DNA of 62,206 nucleotides. Source: Magnetococcales bacterium DCbin2. Lineage in GTDB: Bacteria > Pseudomonadota > Magnetococcia > Magnetococcales > UBA8363. Under the pieces are notes generated by a model that was not told the DNA's origin, searched no databases, and saw only the letters and a list, made by a program, of their open reading frames with translations. Position 1 is the first letter of the stretch. Each line of letters begins with the position of its first letter. Positions 38,801-50,800 of the stretch are shown one piece after another. The position numbers and the translations under genes were made by a program. The stretch lies in NCBI GenBank assembly GCA_002753615.1, contig PEAO01000004.1:1-62206 (forward strand), read 5' to 3'.

Positions 38801-41800
38801 ACCCACCCGCGCCGTGATGGCAGGATCGGTAATGTCAAAGTCCATAGCGGCGGTGACGGAAATATCTTCAAATCCCATCACCAACCCCTGTTCCAGGGAG
38901 AAGACAGTCCCCGAATAGCTTTGGCTGGCGGCCCGATCCAAGGTTACGGTATGGGCATTATTGACACTGGTAACGCGATACGTTTCATCGCCGATTTCCA
39001 GGCGATAACCCACCATGCTGTTTTTAAAGGTGGAAAGTGTCGAGGAAAAACTCCGAGAACCGGAAGTGCTTCGACCATCAGTCCCCTTGAGCGTTTCACC
39101 ATCGATATCGACAAACAAGCTCATGGTGCCGCCGATCTCACCCATCAATGTGCCGGTGGCATCGGAAGAGATTTCCAGAGTATCCCCCAAGCCCAGATCA
39201 AAATCGAGGCTGGTGGAAACGCTGGTATTGTAAACAAAATCCATGGGGACTGCGAAAATATTGGTGACTGGATCATAGGTCACCTGCATACCCAATGGGA
39301 GGATGCCCGATTCGTTGATGGCCGAAACCAATTCCTGCATGGTTTCGATCTGCTCTAAGGGATTATGAATCGTGAATGTCAAACCGTTGGCCGAGGCATC
39401 GATCGCCTTATTGAGTACCAGGGTTGTGGCATTGGTCACCGAGCGGATGGTATAGCGACCCACGCCATCGATGGTGATTTGTTGACCCACCAGGGCGGCA
39501 GTAAATCCACCCAAAGCGGAAGTTACTGTTTTGGAATCGGCGTGAACAACCAGATCGGCGCGTTGCGGCAACAGGTTGACCGGATCACGATAGAAGTTGA
39601 TCTTGTCATAGATTTCGCTCTTGAACCCTTTGCCCAGGTCAAGGATGGCGTCTAGGGCATCCTGGGTGAAGGGGATATCGGCGGCGAGTTGATTATCGCG
39701 GACATCCTGGAGGAAAGTGATCATGTCGGGGAACATGAGGATGACCTCCACCACCGACAGATTGGAAAAATCCATCAACCGATCAAAGTTGACGGTATCC
39801 ATGTGCAATGCCCCACCCGACAAGGGGGAACCTTCCAACAAAACCCGTGCTGTCCCTGCGGCATCGGCCAGATCGACCCCCGCCAATGCGGCAAAGATCG
39901 GCAGATCGGCGGTAACACTGTCCTGGGCGGGATTGACCTGGAACTGACCATTGACCAGGCTAGCCGAACCACGCAAATCGACTTCGATGCGTCCTGGATC
40001 GGCGACCGATCCGATCCCCAGGGCCACGGGGCCAAAGGTGGCGGTTGTGGCCAGGTCATCGATCAAGCCATTGATCTTGAACCCCAATTTATTGACTTCA
40101 AAATTACTGACTCCGGTGGCCCAATTAAAGCTAAATCCCAGATCCAGATCGGCCACCATGGAAAGATCCAACTGGATGTCGCCGTCCAGACTCAAGCCAA
40201 ATTCCGCCGCTTCATCCCCCAGGCTGAAGTCAATGGTGGAATTTTGGGTGACGGACCCTTGTAACAGGACATTGATACCCGTTTCACTTAAGACAACCTT
40301 GAGATTATCCCCATTCAAACCCGGCAAGGTGGGAATCCACTGGGTTCTGAGAAAATCCACCAGTCCGGTGAGGGTCGGGCCGTTGGTCCAGGTGATATCC
40401 ACCACACTGGGAAACAGGCCATCGCTATAAATCGGTTGCCAGGTAAACTGCCCTACGGGGAGATCATCTTCGGGATCGGGGACATAATTGCTTAAATTTT
40501 GTTCGACATAAAAATAGGGGGCCAAGTAGTGATGGACATAATCTCCCAAGGCCAGAATATCGCCAACACTCAGGATTTCCGCCAGATTTTTATCGATGCC
40601 AGGGATGTTCATTCCCATGGGATTGGAATCGGACAGATTGCCCGGCTTGAAATCATTGGCCAAATCGATGACGGTGGATGCGGCACTATCCAAGGTGTCG
40701 GCCAGAAAGCCGGTGAGGCTGACATCCAGGTTACCCACATCCAGGGCATTGATCCTTTCGCCGGTGGCAAAGATGACATCAACACCGTTCACGGCGGTGT
40801 TGATGGCCCGTCCCAAGGTATTGACTTGGACTCCGACCTCGCCGACAAAGTGCAAATCTCCCGCTCCGGTGACGTTCACCGTTCCACTGCCACTCAAGGC
40901 GTAGGCGGGGGATCCCAGATTGTCCGCCGCGATGACCAGACCGATGGTCCCTCCGGTCAGGCTTCCCGGTCCAATAGCGGCAGAAATATTGGTGCCGTAC
41001 AGACGCAATTCCGGGTTGGCCAGGGTTCCCGCCGTACTGATGGTGAATGTCCCGGAGAGATCCGCCACCCCATCCAAACCCAACGTCAGGGTTCCTCCAG
41101 CACTCATGCTAGGGGTTGCCAGGGTTAAACCGTTGATGTTGGTCGTGGCAAAATTGATCACCTTGCCTGCGGCATTGGCGGAACTATTGACAGCAATCGT
41201 CAGGTTGGCATTGGGCAGCGCAAAGCCATCAAGGCCAAGGATGGCCCCAGAGGTGGCACTGGCGGCCAGCCCATAATAAAACCCGGTGTTGGCCAAATCG
41301 GACGGTTTGAGCAAAGCGGCATTGAAGGCGACACCATCCAGGAGGAATCCCGCCGCATCAGCCGAACCCACAGGGCCATGGATACCGACAAATGCCTGCA
41401 CCCCCGAACCGCTCAAAGTGATGGCGGTCATCGCTTGGGTGGCACCATCGCTCAAAGTGGCAGTAACACCCGATTTTTTAACAATATCCAACTGACCTTT
41501 CAGGCCGGCAAACTGCGCCATATCCACGCCAAAGTTACCGGAACCGGCGAAAAGTTCCCCCAGATCTCCATTGAAATCAACGGTCAGAGGTGCATTACCC
41601 ACGGGGATGGAGAGAGGGACTTCGGACCAATCGACGACATCGGCGGTGTTGATCGCCCGGTTGACACCAAAAGAAAGGTTTGTCGCCGTGAGGTGTACAT
41701 CGGCAGGTAGCCCCACCAAGCTGGCACTGCCAGCGCGTACCTTCACCGCCTGCCAGGCACGGTTATCAGCATCGGCATCCACCACGGCCAAAACAAAATC

Positions 41801-44800
41801 GGCATGGTTCAACGCCAACCCCATGGCCCCCACAGCACCGGGGGCACCATCGAGTCCCAACCAAGCGTCCACTTGGGCGGCAGAAATTACCACCTGACCC
41901 GCCGCTACGACCTCACCCGTCGCGGTCGTTACCTGGGTTGCGGTTTTTTCGACACCAATCCAGCCGCTGGCGGTCAAGAGTCCATCCACCGTCAGTTCCG
42001 CCTCACCGGTAATCATCAATTCCTGGGCCGCACTTCCCTGGAGGGTCACCAAGCGGTCGCCAACCACGATTTCACGATCCAATGCTTGTCCGGTTGTGTT
42101 GATCAAGACATTCAGGTCGGTCCCAGTCACACCGACCCCACCCATACCGCTGAGGTTGACATCACCGCTGGTGGCCAACGCCCATCCCCTGGAGGTATCG
42201 GTGGCCGTCACGGTGTTACGTGTCCCCAGGAGGAGAATCGCGGCACTGCCACCCGCCAAATCGGCCCCCAGGCCACCCCCCACATCCAGGTTTCCAGTCA
42301 GATTGGCGGCGGCAATCACCAATTCGGTGTCGATAATATCGTCCAGGCCATCCCCATTGGCATCCACCCCATTGCCGGTGGAACTGCTGGAGAAGACAAA
42401 ATCACCCGTCAGGCTTCCCGCCCCCCCAGGCAAAGATAACGTTGCATTCTTGACTTCAAATGCCTTGACATCGGCAGACGAGGCAAACTGTAAATTGACC
42501 GGAGTTCCCCCGGTTCTGACTACCTCATCGACCGGCAATCCCAGGGTATTGAGTTTGATCCCCACATCATCCGACAAGCCCCAACCATCCATGCCGATCA
42601 GCCCCGGCACCCCAGAGGCGGTCAAGGCAAAGCCCGGTGTTCCATCGGCCCCGTTTTGTACCAGCAGGGCCAGATTATCCGACTGTACTTCCAATCCAAC
42701 GCCACCTTGGAGGTCACCTACCCTGGCCACCACATCGTTGGCACCCAGCAACAACTTTTGCACCCCGTCTACCACACGGCGTTCCAAGGAAAAATCACCC
42801 GTCAAAGAGGCAAAGTCGGCAATATTGATGCTCAAATCGGGCAGGTTGATGGCAAAGTCCAGGTTCGCCGGCAGATGGAGATCAAGTCCATCCAAGCCCA
42901 CGTCGGGCAAAGCAAGATCCAGGTCAAAATCGAACGGATTGAATTGCAGGTTGACACTGGGGATATCAAAATCCAAACCGGGGATATGGATATCGGCAGA
43001 GAAGTCCAGGTTGAACGCCAAGCCCAAAGGGGTAAAGAGAAAATCTCCGAAACCATCAAACAAATCCAGGGAGAACCCATCAAAATCCAACGAGATGTCC
43101 AAATTGCCGATATCGATGGCAAGTCCCATGTCGGGCAGATTGGGAAGGTCTGGTAAATCAATAAGATCAAATGAAAAATCACCCAACACCGGCAAACCGA
43201 ACATGTCAAAGGCAATATCAATGTCTGGCATGTGGAAGGTGGGGAGGTGCAATCCCATGTCACCAAAATCCAGCGACAGATCCAAGCCCCAGTCCAGATC
43301 CATCCCCAGATCGAAACTGCCAAAATCGGGCATTCCCCAATCCAAGGTCCAATCCATGGAAGGGAGTCCCAGGGCCGGAAGATCGGGCAGATCCAATGGC
43401 GGCAAGGACCAATTAAAGGTAAACCACTCCATGTCCAGGCCAAAATCGGGGGCGAACGACCACGGCCCCATATGGATAAAATCCATCATCCCCGCCAGGG
43501 TGAACCATTGACGGGCGAAACGAAAATCAAAGTTGGGGTCAAAGCTGAAATCGTGGGAAAAACTGAAGGCAAAATCCAACCCTTCAAAGCCCAGTTTCCA
43601 ATCGGGTATACCGGGGATGCCCAGATCAAAATCGACATCCAGGCCCGAGAAATTGTATTGCAGCATGAAATCCAGATCGAATCCGGGATCAAACAGATCC
43701 AACCCCGGAATCATGAAATCGGGCATGGGAATACGGAGCCGGGACAGATCGATGAAACCATTGAAATCGAACAGTCCTCCCAGGTTGATATCCAACATCC
43801 CCTTGAGGGAAAAATCGGTCAGGGCACCCAGCGTAAGGTCTATGGGGCCGATGTCGAGGGAAGGGACATCAAAGGTATAATCCAGGTCGATGCCAAACCC
43901 GTTGAAGGCAAAATCAACTCCAAGTCCCTGAAGATCCAGGCCAAACCCTTCCAGGCCGGTGATGGTGACATCGCCATGGGCGACAAAGGCGTATTGGGGG
44001 TCGGCGGGATTTTTGATGAGAAGTCCCAAAGTACCGTTGGCCAGTTCAATCCCCACGTCACCAGGAACTTTCAATTGACCATGGGCATCGGCTACAGCAA
44101 TCTCCAACAATACGTTGCCCTGGGCATCGACTCTGTGTTGAAAGACAAAATCACCCGCGATATCAAGATATCCATCCAACAGGTTGATGTGGACATTTTC
44201 TGCCGCGAAAGATTCCACATCCACCGCATCAACAAAGCTCAACTGGCGGTAGCCACCTCCGGTGTTGACCGCTTCGCTCACGGTCCGGCCTAGATGATTG
44301 ATGCGTACCGCGCCATTGAGATTATCCCCCACCAAGTTGGCGGTAATCCCGTTAAAGTGCAGTGTTCCCAGGGCATCCAGGGCAAATTCGGTGGATCCAG
44401 CGACCTCCTGAATCACCATAGCCAGTTGACCGTCATCGATGGCAACCCCCAAACCCGCAGGATCACCCAAGGTTGCCGCCATGTTCTGGCCACCGATCAG
44501 GAGTTGCGCCACTCCGTCGGCGAGGCGACGTTCGATGGCAAAATCACCCGAAAGCTGGGTAAAACCGTCAATTCCCAGGGTGGCATTGGTCGCTTTGAGT
44601 AAGAATGGGGTTCCGGCGGCGATCCCTTCCAAAAGCCCCCCGGTGGTATTCATCGAGAGCGAAACCGAATCCGCCGCAAAGGTGACTCCGGTCAGACCGC
44701 TCAATGCGACGGTACCGCCGATGGTCCCGGCAATCCCGTCTCCCGTGATAGTCAAGGAACCGGAACCGTTGGTGACCGCCACCCCCGCACTACCCGCCTG

Positions 44801-47800
44801 CATGGTAAAGCTGACATCGGTGGCATCAATGGTATAAATGGCGTTGGCAACGTCATAGGTGATGCCAAAGGTACCCGCCAAACGTTCACCCAAAAGGTTT
44901 AATTCTCCGTGGATGCCGGTAAAGCCCCAGGTTTGCCCGGCAAAATCCATGGCAAGCGTGGTCGCCTCATCGACGACAATGTTCTCAACGCTCGCACCGC
45001 TCCAATCGATATCGGCCATCTTGGCCAAGCCACTGACACTTGCAAGGGCCTGGTTGAGCAACAATCCCCCCTGGTCAGCCTCCAGAACAAAGCCACCCAG
45101 ATTGATCTGGCTAGGGGCGGCGTTGATGCTGATCCAGCGTCTGGCGGTATCCATATCCGCCAAACCCGCTTCGCGCATGAAGGTCATGGCCAAGTCGGCC
45201 CCGGTGATGGAAAGGCCCGCAGCATCCCCCCCAGACGAGATTCCCAAACCCAGATCGGTCCCGGTAAAGGTAAACCGTTCCACATCCACCATCGCCCCAC
45301 CAACCAACGATACCTGATCAACACTCTGGGACAGGTTCAGGTTTCCCCTCATGGAAACCATTCCCGCCAGATCCAATACCGCTTCACCCGAAAGCTCCAA
45401 CCCCGTTCCACCCACCGCCAGGTCAAGATTGGACAAGGAAAGTTCCAAACCGGAAATTCCCGTCAATTGACCACTACCGCCCAAGGAGCCGGTCACTTCC
45501 ATATCAGTACCGACCTTACGCAGGGCCAGATCGGCGGTGCCATAGGTCAAGTCCACCCCAATGCCACCCCCCATGGGGAGCGACCCACGCAGTCCATCAG
45601 CCTTCAGAGTCAACGTGGCATTGCCCGCAATATCCGCTGCGGCACTGAATCCCAGATTTCCCGTAATGGAGCCAAAATCTCCCAGGTCCAGGGAGGCATC
45701 CTCCAGAAAGAAGCCAAAAACCGCCTCCGCACTATCAAAGTTGAGCGGAATAGAGTCCACCCCGTTACTGATTTCATCGGCAATGGTCCGACCCAGGTGG
45801 TTGATGCGGATGGCCATAGGTTCAGCAGCAGAGAGCATCCCGCCCGCAATGCCATCAAGGCTGGGGATACCGCTGGCCTGAATGGCATAACCCGTCCCAT
45901 CGGCCTGTTCCATCAACAGCATCGCCAGGGATACATCCGCCATGGAGACCCCAAAGCCTCCCGTCAGATCACCCGCCCGCGCTACGATGTCGCTGCCGCC
46001 AATGCGGACTTGTTCCACCCCATCGATGACCTGACGACTGATGGCAAAATCACCGCCGATGTCGATAAAATCGCCCAATTTTAGGGTGGCATCGGTGGCG
46101 GCCAACCTGAGAGAGGTTCCCGCCGGCACCCCCAGCAAATCCGCTGCGGTGGTGTTCATGGCCAGGGCAATGGTGGGTAAAGTGAAAGTGACCCCATCCA
46201 GACCGGTCAGAGCGGCACCGCCACTGACGCTGACGACAACCCCATTCGGCCCCATAGTAAGAGAACCGTTACCGTTGGTGACGACGATAGCGGTTGGTCC
46301 CGCCGCCAAAGATAAGGTTAAGTTGGATACGGTGGCGGTGTAGGTTTGCGAGGCCGGAGAATATTGAAATATAAAATCGCCGGAAAATTTCTCACCAAAC
46401 AGATCCAATTCCCCCTTAAGCGGCAACCGCCAAGTGTCACCGGCAAAGTCCATCACCACGTCGGTGGCCCCATCGATGGCCATGGTTTCCGCCTGGGCAC
46501 CGCTCCAATCCACCACCGTGGCGTTGAGCGCGCCACTCACCTTGGCCAATGCCCGGTTGAGTTCCACCGCAGCACTGGTCGGAGTCAAGGTATGACCCAA
46601 AATCGACAACGACCCCGGCAGAGCATTCATGGTCATCCAACGGCGGGCGTCGGGTACGCCATGCTCTTGCAAAAACGCCAAGGCCAGATCAACGTTGGCC
46701 AGGGTGATATCCACACCGGAAACGCCGGGCGGATGAAGCGTTATCGCTAAGTCATTGCCAATCACATTCAGCCGGTCGGTGACCACAGTACTCCCATCGG
46801 CAAGTTTCACCGTGTCGGCCAAAGATCCGATGGAAATATCGCCCGTGATAGCAAGTATTCCCCCCAGGTTCATGGAGACCAATCCCTGAAGGTTTTTCTC
46901 TCCCACCGCCAGATCCAAAGCGATGGCATCGCCGGTAGTCTGGATGGTTTGCTGGATCGCAGCACCCGTATTATTGATGGCAATGGTGATGGCATCACCA
47001 TCCAGGGTCAGGAGATCAACCCCTTGCAACGTCGCTTGACCACCCGCGCTCAAGGCATAGCGAAAACCGTTGGCATTGTCATGCACCAAGTTAAGGCCGA
47101 TAAAGCCATCCTGCAACCGCGCCGCGACAGGACCGACACCGATGGCACCGTTGACGTGGACCGCACCGACGTTGACCTCGGTTCGGTCACCGACAACACC
47201 GCCCTGGATGCGCAAATCCCCTTCGATATAACCAATAGTATCTCCCAAATCCAGACGGACCCCCAAAGCATCGAAAGACTGCACCATCTGACCGTCGGCA
47301 AAGTTCAACGCCACCGTCTGCAATCCATTGGTGATATCCGTGGTGATCGCCCGCCCCAGGGTATTCATGCGTGCTTGAATAGGACCGGAAATCGCGCCAT
47401 CCGCCACACCATGCAGTGCCGCCGTTCCCGAAGCGTCCAAGGCCAAGCCGACGCCATCGCCATCGTCGGCGATGAGGAGGGCCAACTGTCCATCGGTCAG
47501 GGAAATGGCGACCCCGGAATTGGCGGTATCGCCAACCGTCGCAGTCAGGTGGTGGCCGCCGATCAACAGTCGTTCTTCCCCTGGAACCAGGGATGCTTCC
47601 ACCACCACTTCGCCTGAAAAATCGGCCAATCCATCCAATGAAAAGGATAATTGTCCCGCCAACCGCAAGGGGGTATTTGCGGGAATATCAAGTTCATAAA
47701 AGCCCAGATTGGCAATGGTTTGCTCAATCTGGTGGGCAAAGGTGTTGAAAGTGACCGCCATATCGGCATCGGTCAGGGTCAAACCTGGTACACCCGTAAA

Positions 47801-50800
47801 CGTGAGGTCACCACGGATGGATCCCGCCATGCCGCTCTCGGAAAGGTAAAGACCACCCTCACCGTGGGTCAGGCTCAAAAGTGCATCACCGGCGCGCAGA
47901 GTGGTGGCAATATCGCGGGCCGACATCTCAAAGATCCCCTCTCCGGCCCGTTCAAAATGGACCGTGCCACTAAGGCTTTGCCCCATCAGGGTGAGGGCAC
48001 CGGTGATATCACCACGGGTCAACACCCCATCGGGATCCAACGCCAAGTCAATCACCCCACTGTCCAAGGTCAAACCATTCAATCCCGTAAGACTGGCCGA
48101 ACCGGAAACCGAACCGCTCACCTCCAGGCCGTGGGCGGTCTGGGTAAAGGCAAGACGTGCCGCACCGTCGGCCAACCTCACCCCAATACCACCCGCCAAG
48201 GCCAGGGATCCGGTCAGGTTCGAGGCATCCAGGCCCATACGGAGTTCATGATTATTATCATAGGACGCCGAAAAACGGAGATCCCCCGTCACCGAACCCA
48301 AGCCATCCCCCAGATCGAAAGTGGCGTTTTCCAAAAGAAAGGTTTGTTCAGCACTGGCAGAGGCAAAAGCGAGTTGCAGTTGATCCACCCCATTGGAAAT
48401 CTGTTCCTGAACCGCCTGCCCCAAGGTATTGATGCGGATCGCCAGGGGTTGGGCCGATTGCATGGCGTTGTCGGCAAAACCGTTTAAGCTGGGGATACCG
48501 TTGGCCTGCAAGGCATAACCCGCCCCCTGTTCTGTCCCCGCGACCAGCAGAGCCAGATTGGCTTGCGACACCGAAAGACCCAAGGAGTCGTCGGCGAGTC
48601 CAAGAAAGGAGTCAATGTTGGCCCCACCAATCAAAAGTTTTTCCACCCCATCCACAACTTGGCGCACCAAGGAAAAATCACCGGAGACCCGGATAAAATC
48701 ACCCAGATTCAGGTTGGCCCCCAAGGCGGAAAGGTTCAACCCGGTGTTGGCGGCGATATTCAGGATTTCGTAAACGGTGTTATTGAAAGATACGGTAAGC
48801 TGTGGCATGGCCAGGGTGACATCATCCAGCCCCGAAAGGGTGGCACTGGCGGAGAAAGAACCCGCCACCCCATCCGGTGTAATGCGGAAATCGCCTGTCC
48901 CCCCCGAAATTTGAACGGCTGCCACCCCGGCGTCCAGGGACATAACCAGATTTTCACCATGGACCTCATAGACCCCATCGGCGGGATTGAAGGTCAATTC
49001 AAAATCACCGGAGATGGTTTCACCCAAAAGATCCAAGGTTCCAGAAACCGGGATATTCCAGGTTTCAGCAGCAAAATCCAAGACCACCTCATGGGCGGCG
49101 TCGGTGGCGATGGTCTGTGTCTGGCTGCTCCAATCGACAACTGCGTCGTTGACCGCGCCACTCACCCGGTCGAGAGCGCGGTTGATTCCAATGCGGGCAC
49201 TGGCAGGGGTCAAGGTCAATCCGGCAATAGTCATGGCCCTGGGGAGGGCGGCCATGGTGAGCCAACGCCTGGGGTCGGCGACATCCTTTTCGGTGACAAA
49301 AGCCAAGCCAAAATCAAGTCCCGCCAGCGTCATTCCCCAATCGGGCATCCCTGGAGCGTTCAAGGTGGCGGTGACATCATTGGCGGCGAGAATGAGACGG
49401 TCGGTATCGATGGCGTCAAGGGGATCGGGGGAGCCGGCGAGTTGCACCGTTTCCTGGGAGGCTTGCAGGTTCATCTCCCCTGTGGCCGTCAACAGCCCAC
49501 CCACATCCAGGTTGATCATCCCGCTTAACGAGGAAAACCCCGCATCGGCCACCAGATTGATGGAACCGCTGGGGGTACGAATGTTGCGATCAATGGCCTG
49601 GGGGGTCGCATTGCTGACCAATACCAGTTGCTCACCCGAAATGGCCAAACCGTCCACCCCTCCGAGGCTTGCCTGGCCTGACGCACGGAACGCATGGGTC
49701 ACATTACCCTGGTCATCCCGCATCAGGAGCAGCGCGGCCCGTCCTTTGGCAAGGGTCGCCGTAGCCAAGCCGCCGAACGGAAAATGAGCACTCATATTTT
49801 CCACACCGATGGCCAACTCGGAACTGTTCGCGCCAACCGTGGCCTGGATAAACAGATCCCCCGACAAAGACCCAACCGTTGGCCCCAGATCCAGGGTTAC
49901 CCCTTTGGCGACAAAAGCAGGGGTCGCATCGATGGTGTTGAACGTGAGGTTCAACGCAGAGACGCCGTTGGAAATCACTTCGTCCACAGTCTGCCCCAGG
50001 GTGTTGAGGCGGATGTTCAACGGCCCGGACAAAGAACCATCGGTGATCCCATGGAGGGCAGCATTTCCAGTGGCACTGACGGCATATTTGGGAACGGCAC
50101 CAACCCCGGCATCGGCGATCAACAGGGCCATTTCGCCACCGGTCATGGAGATGCCCAGTCCACCACCTGCGACATCGCCCAGGGATGCGGCGATATTGCT
50201 GCCACCGATGCGCAATTTTCCCACACCCGATTCCATCGCCGCTTCGATGGAAAAGTTTCCGGTCAATGTCGCCAGGTCGTTGATGGTAAATCCTGCATTT
50301 CCCCGCAAAGCTAGGCCGGTATTGGCACCGATGCTTAACGCCATGTCGCCCGCATGAGTCAATGTCCGGGAGACCTCTACGGCCATGGTATTGAACGAAA
50401 ACCCCAAATCGGTATCGGCCATCGAGAGACCAGGAACCCCATCCAGGGCCACGGTACCGTCGATGGATCCCGCCATGCCATCGGTAGTCCAGTAGAATCC
50501 ACCCGAACCATCCGTGATGTTCAGCAGGGCATCCCCCGCTGCCAGTTGCAAAGAGACATTGGCCAGAGAGACCTCAAACGCACTGGCACTCACCCGGGTG
50601 AAGGAAAAGTCTCCGGTAATCTCTTGGTTCTGGATGGTCAATGAACCACTCGCCGTGGCGGTCTGATCGAGTACGTCGGGTTTGGCCAACAACGTCATGA
50701 AGGCGTCAAGCTGGGCACTATCGGCAATGGTGATGTCGAGGCCAGGAATCGGAAGTTCCGCAACCTCCAGCGTCAGTTTGGTCGGTTGAAAAATCGGTTT

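Noticed and set aside
42096-43511. 471-aa Ser/Lys/Pro-rich plus-strand ORF
   Set aside because: Its composition simply mirrors the Asp/Leu/Phe-rich tract on the minus strand.
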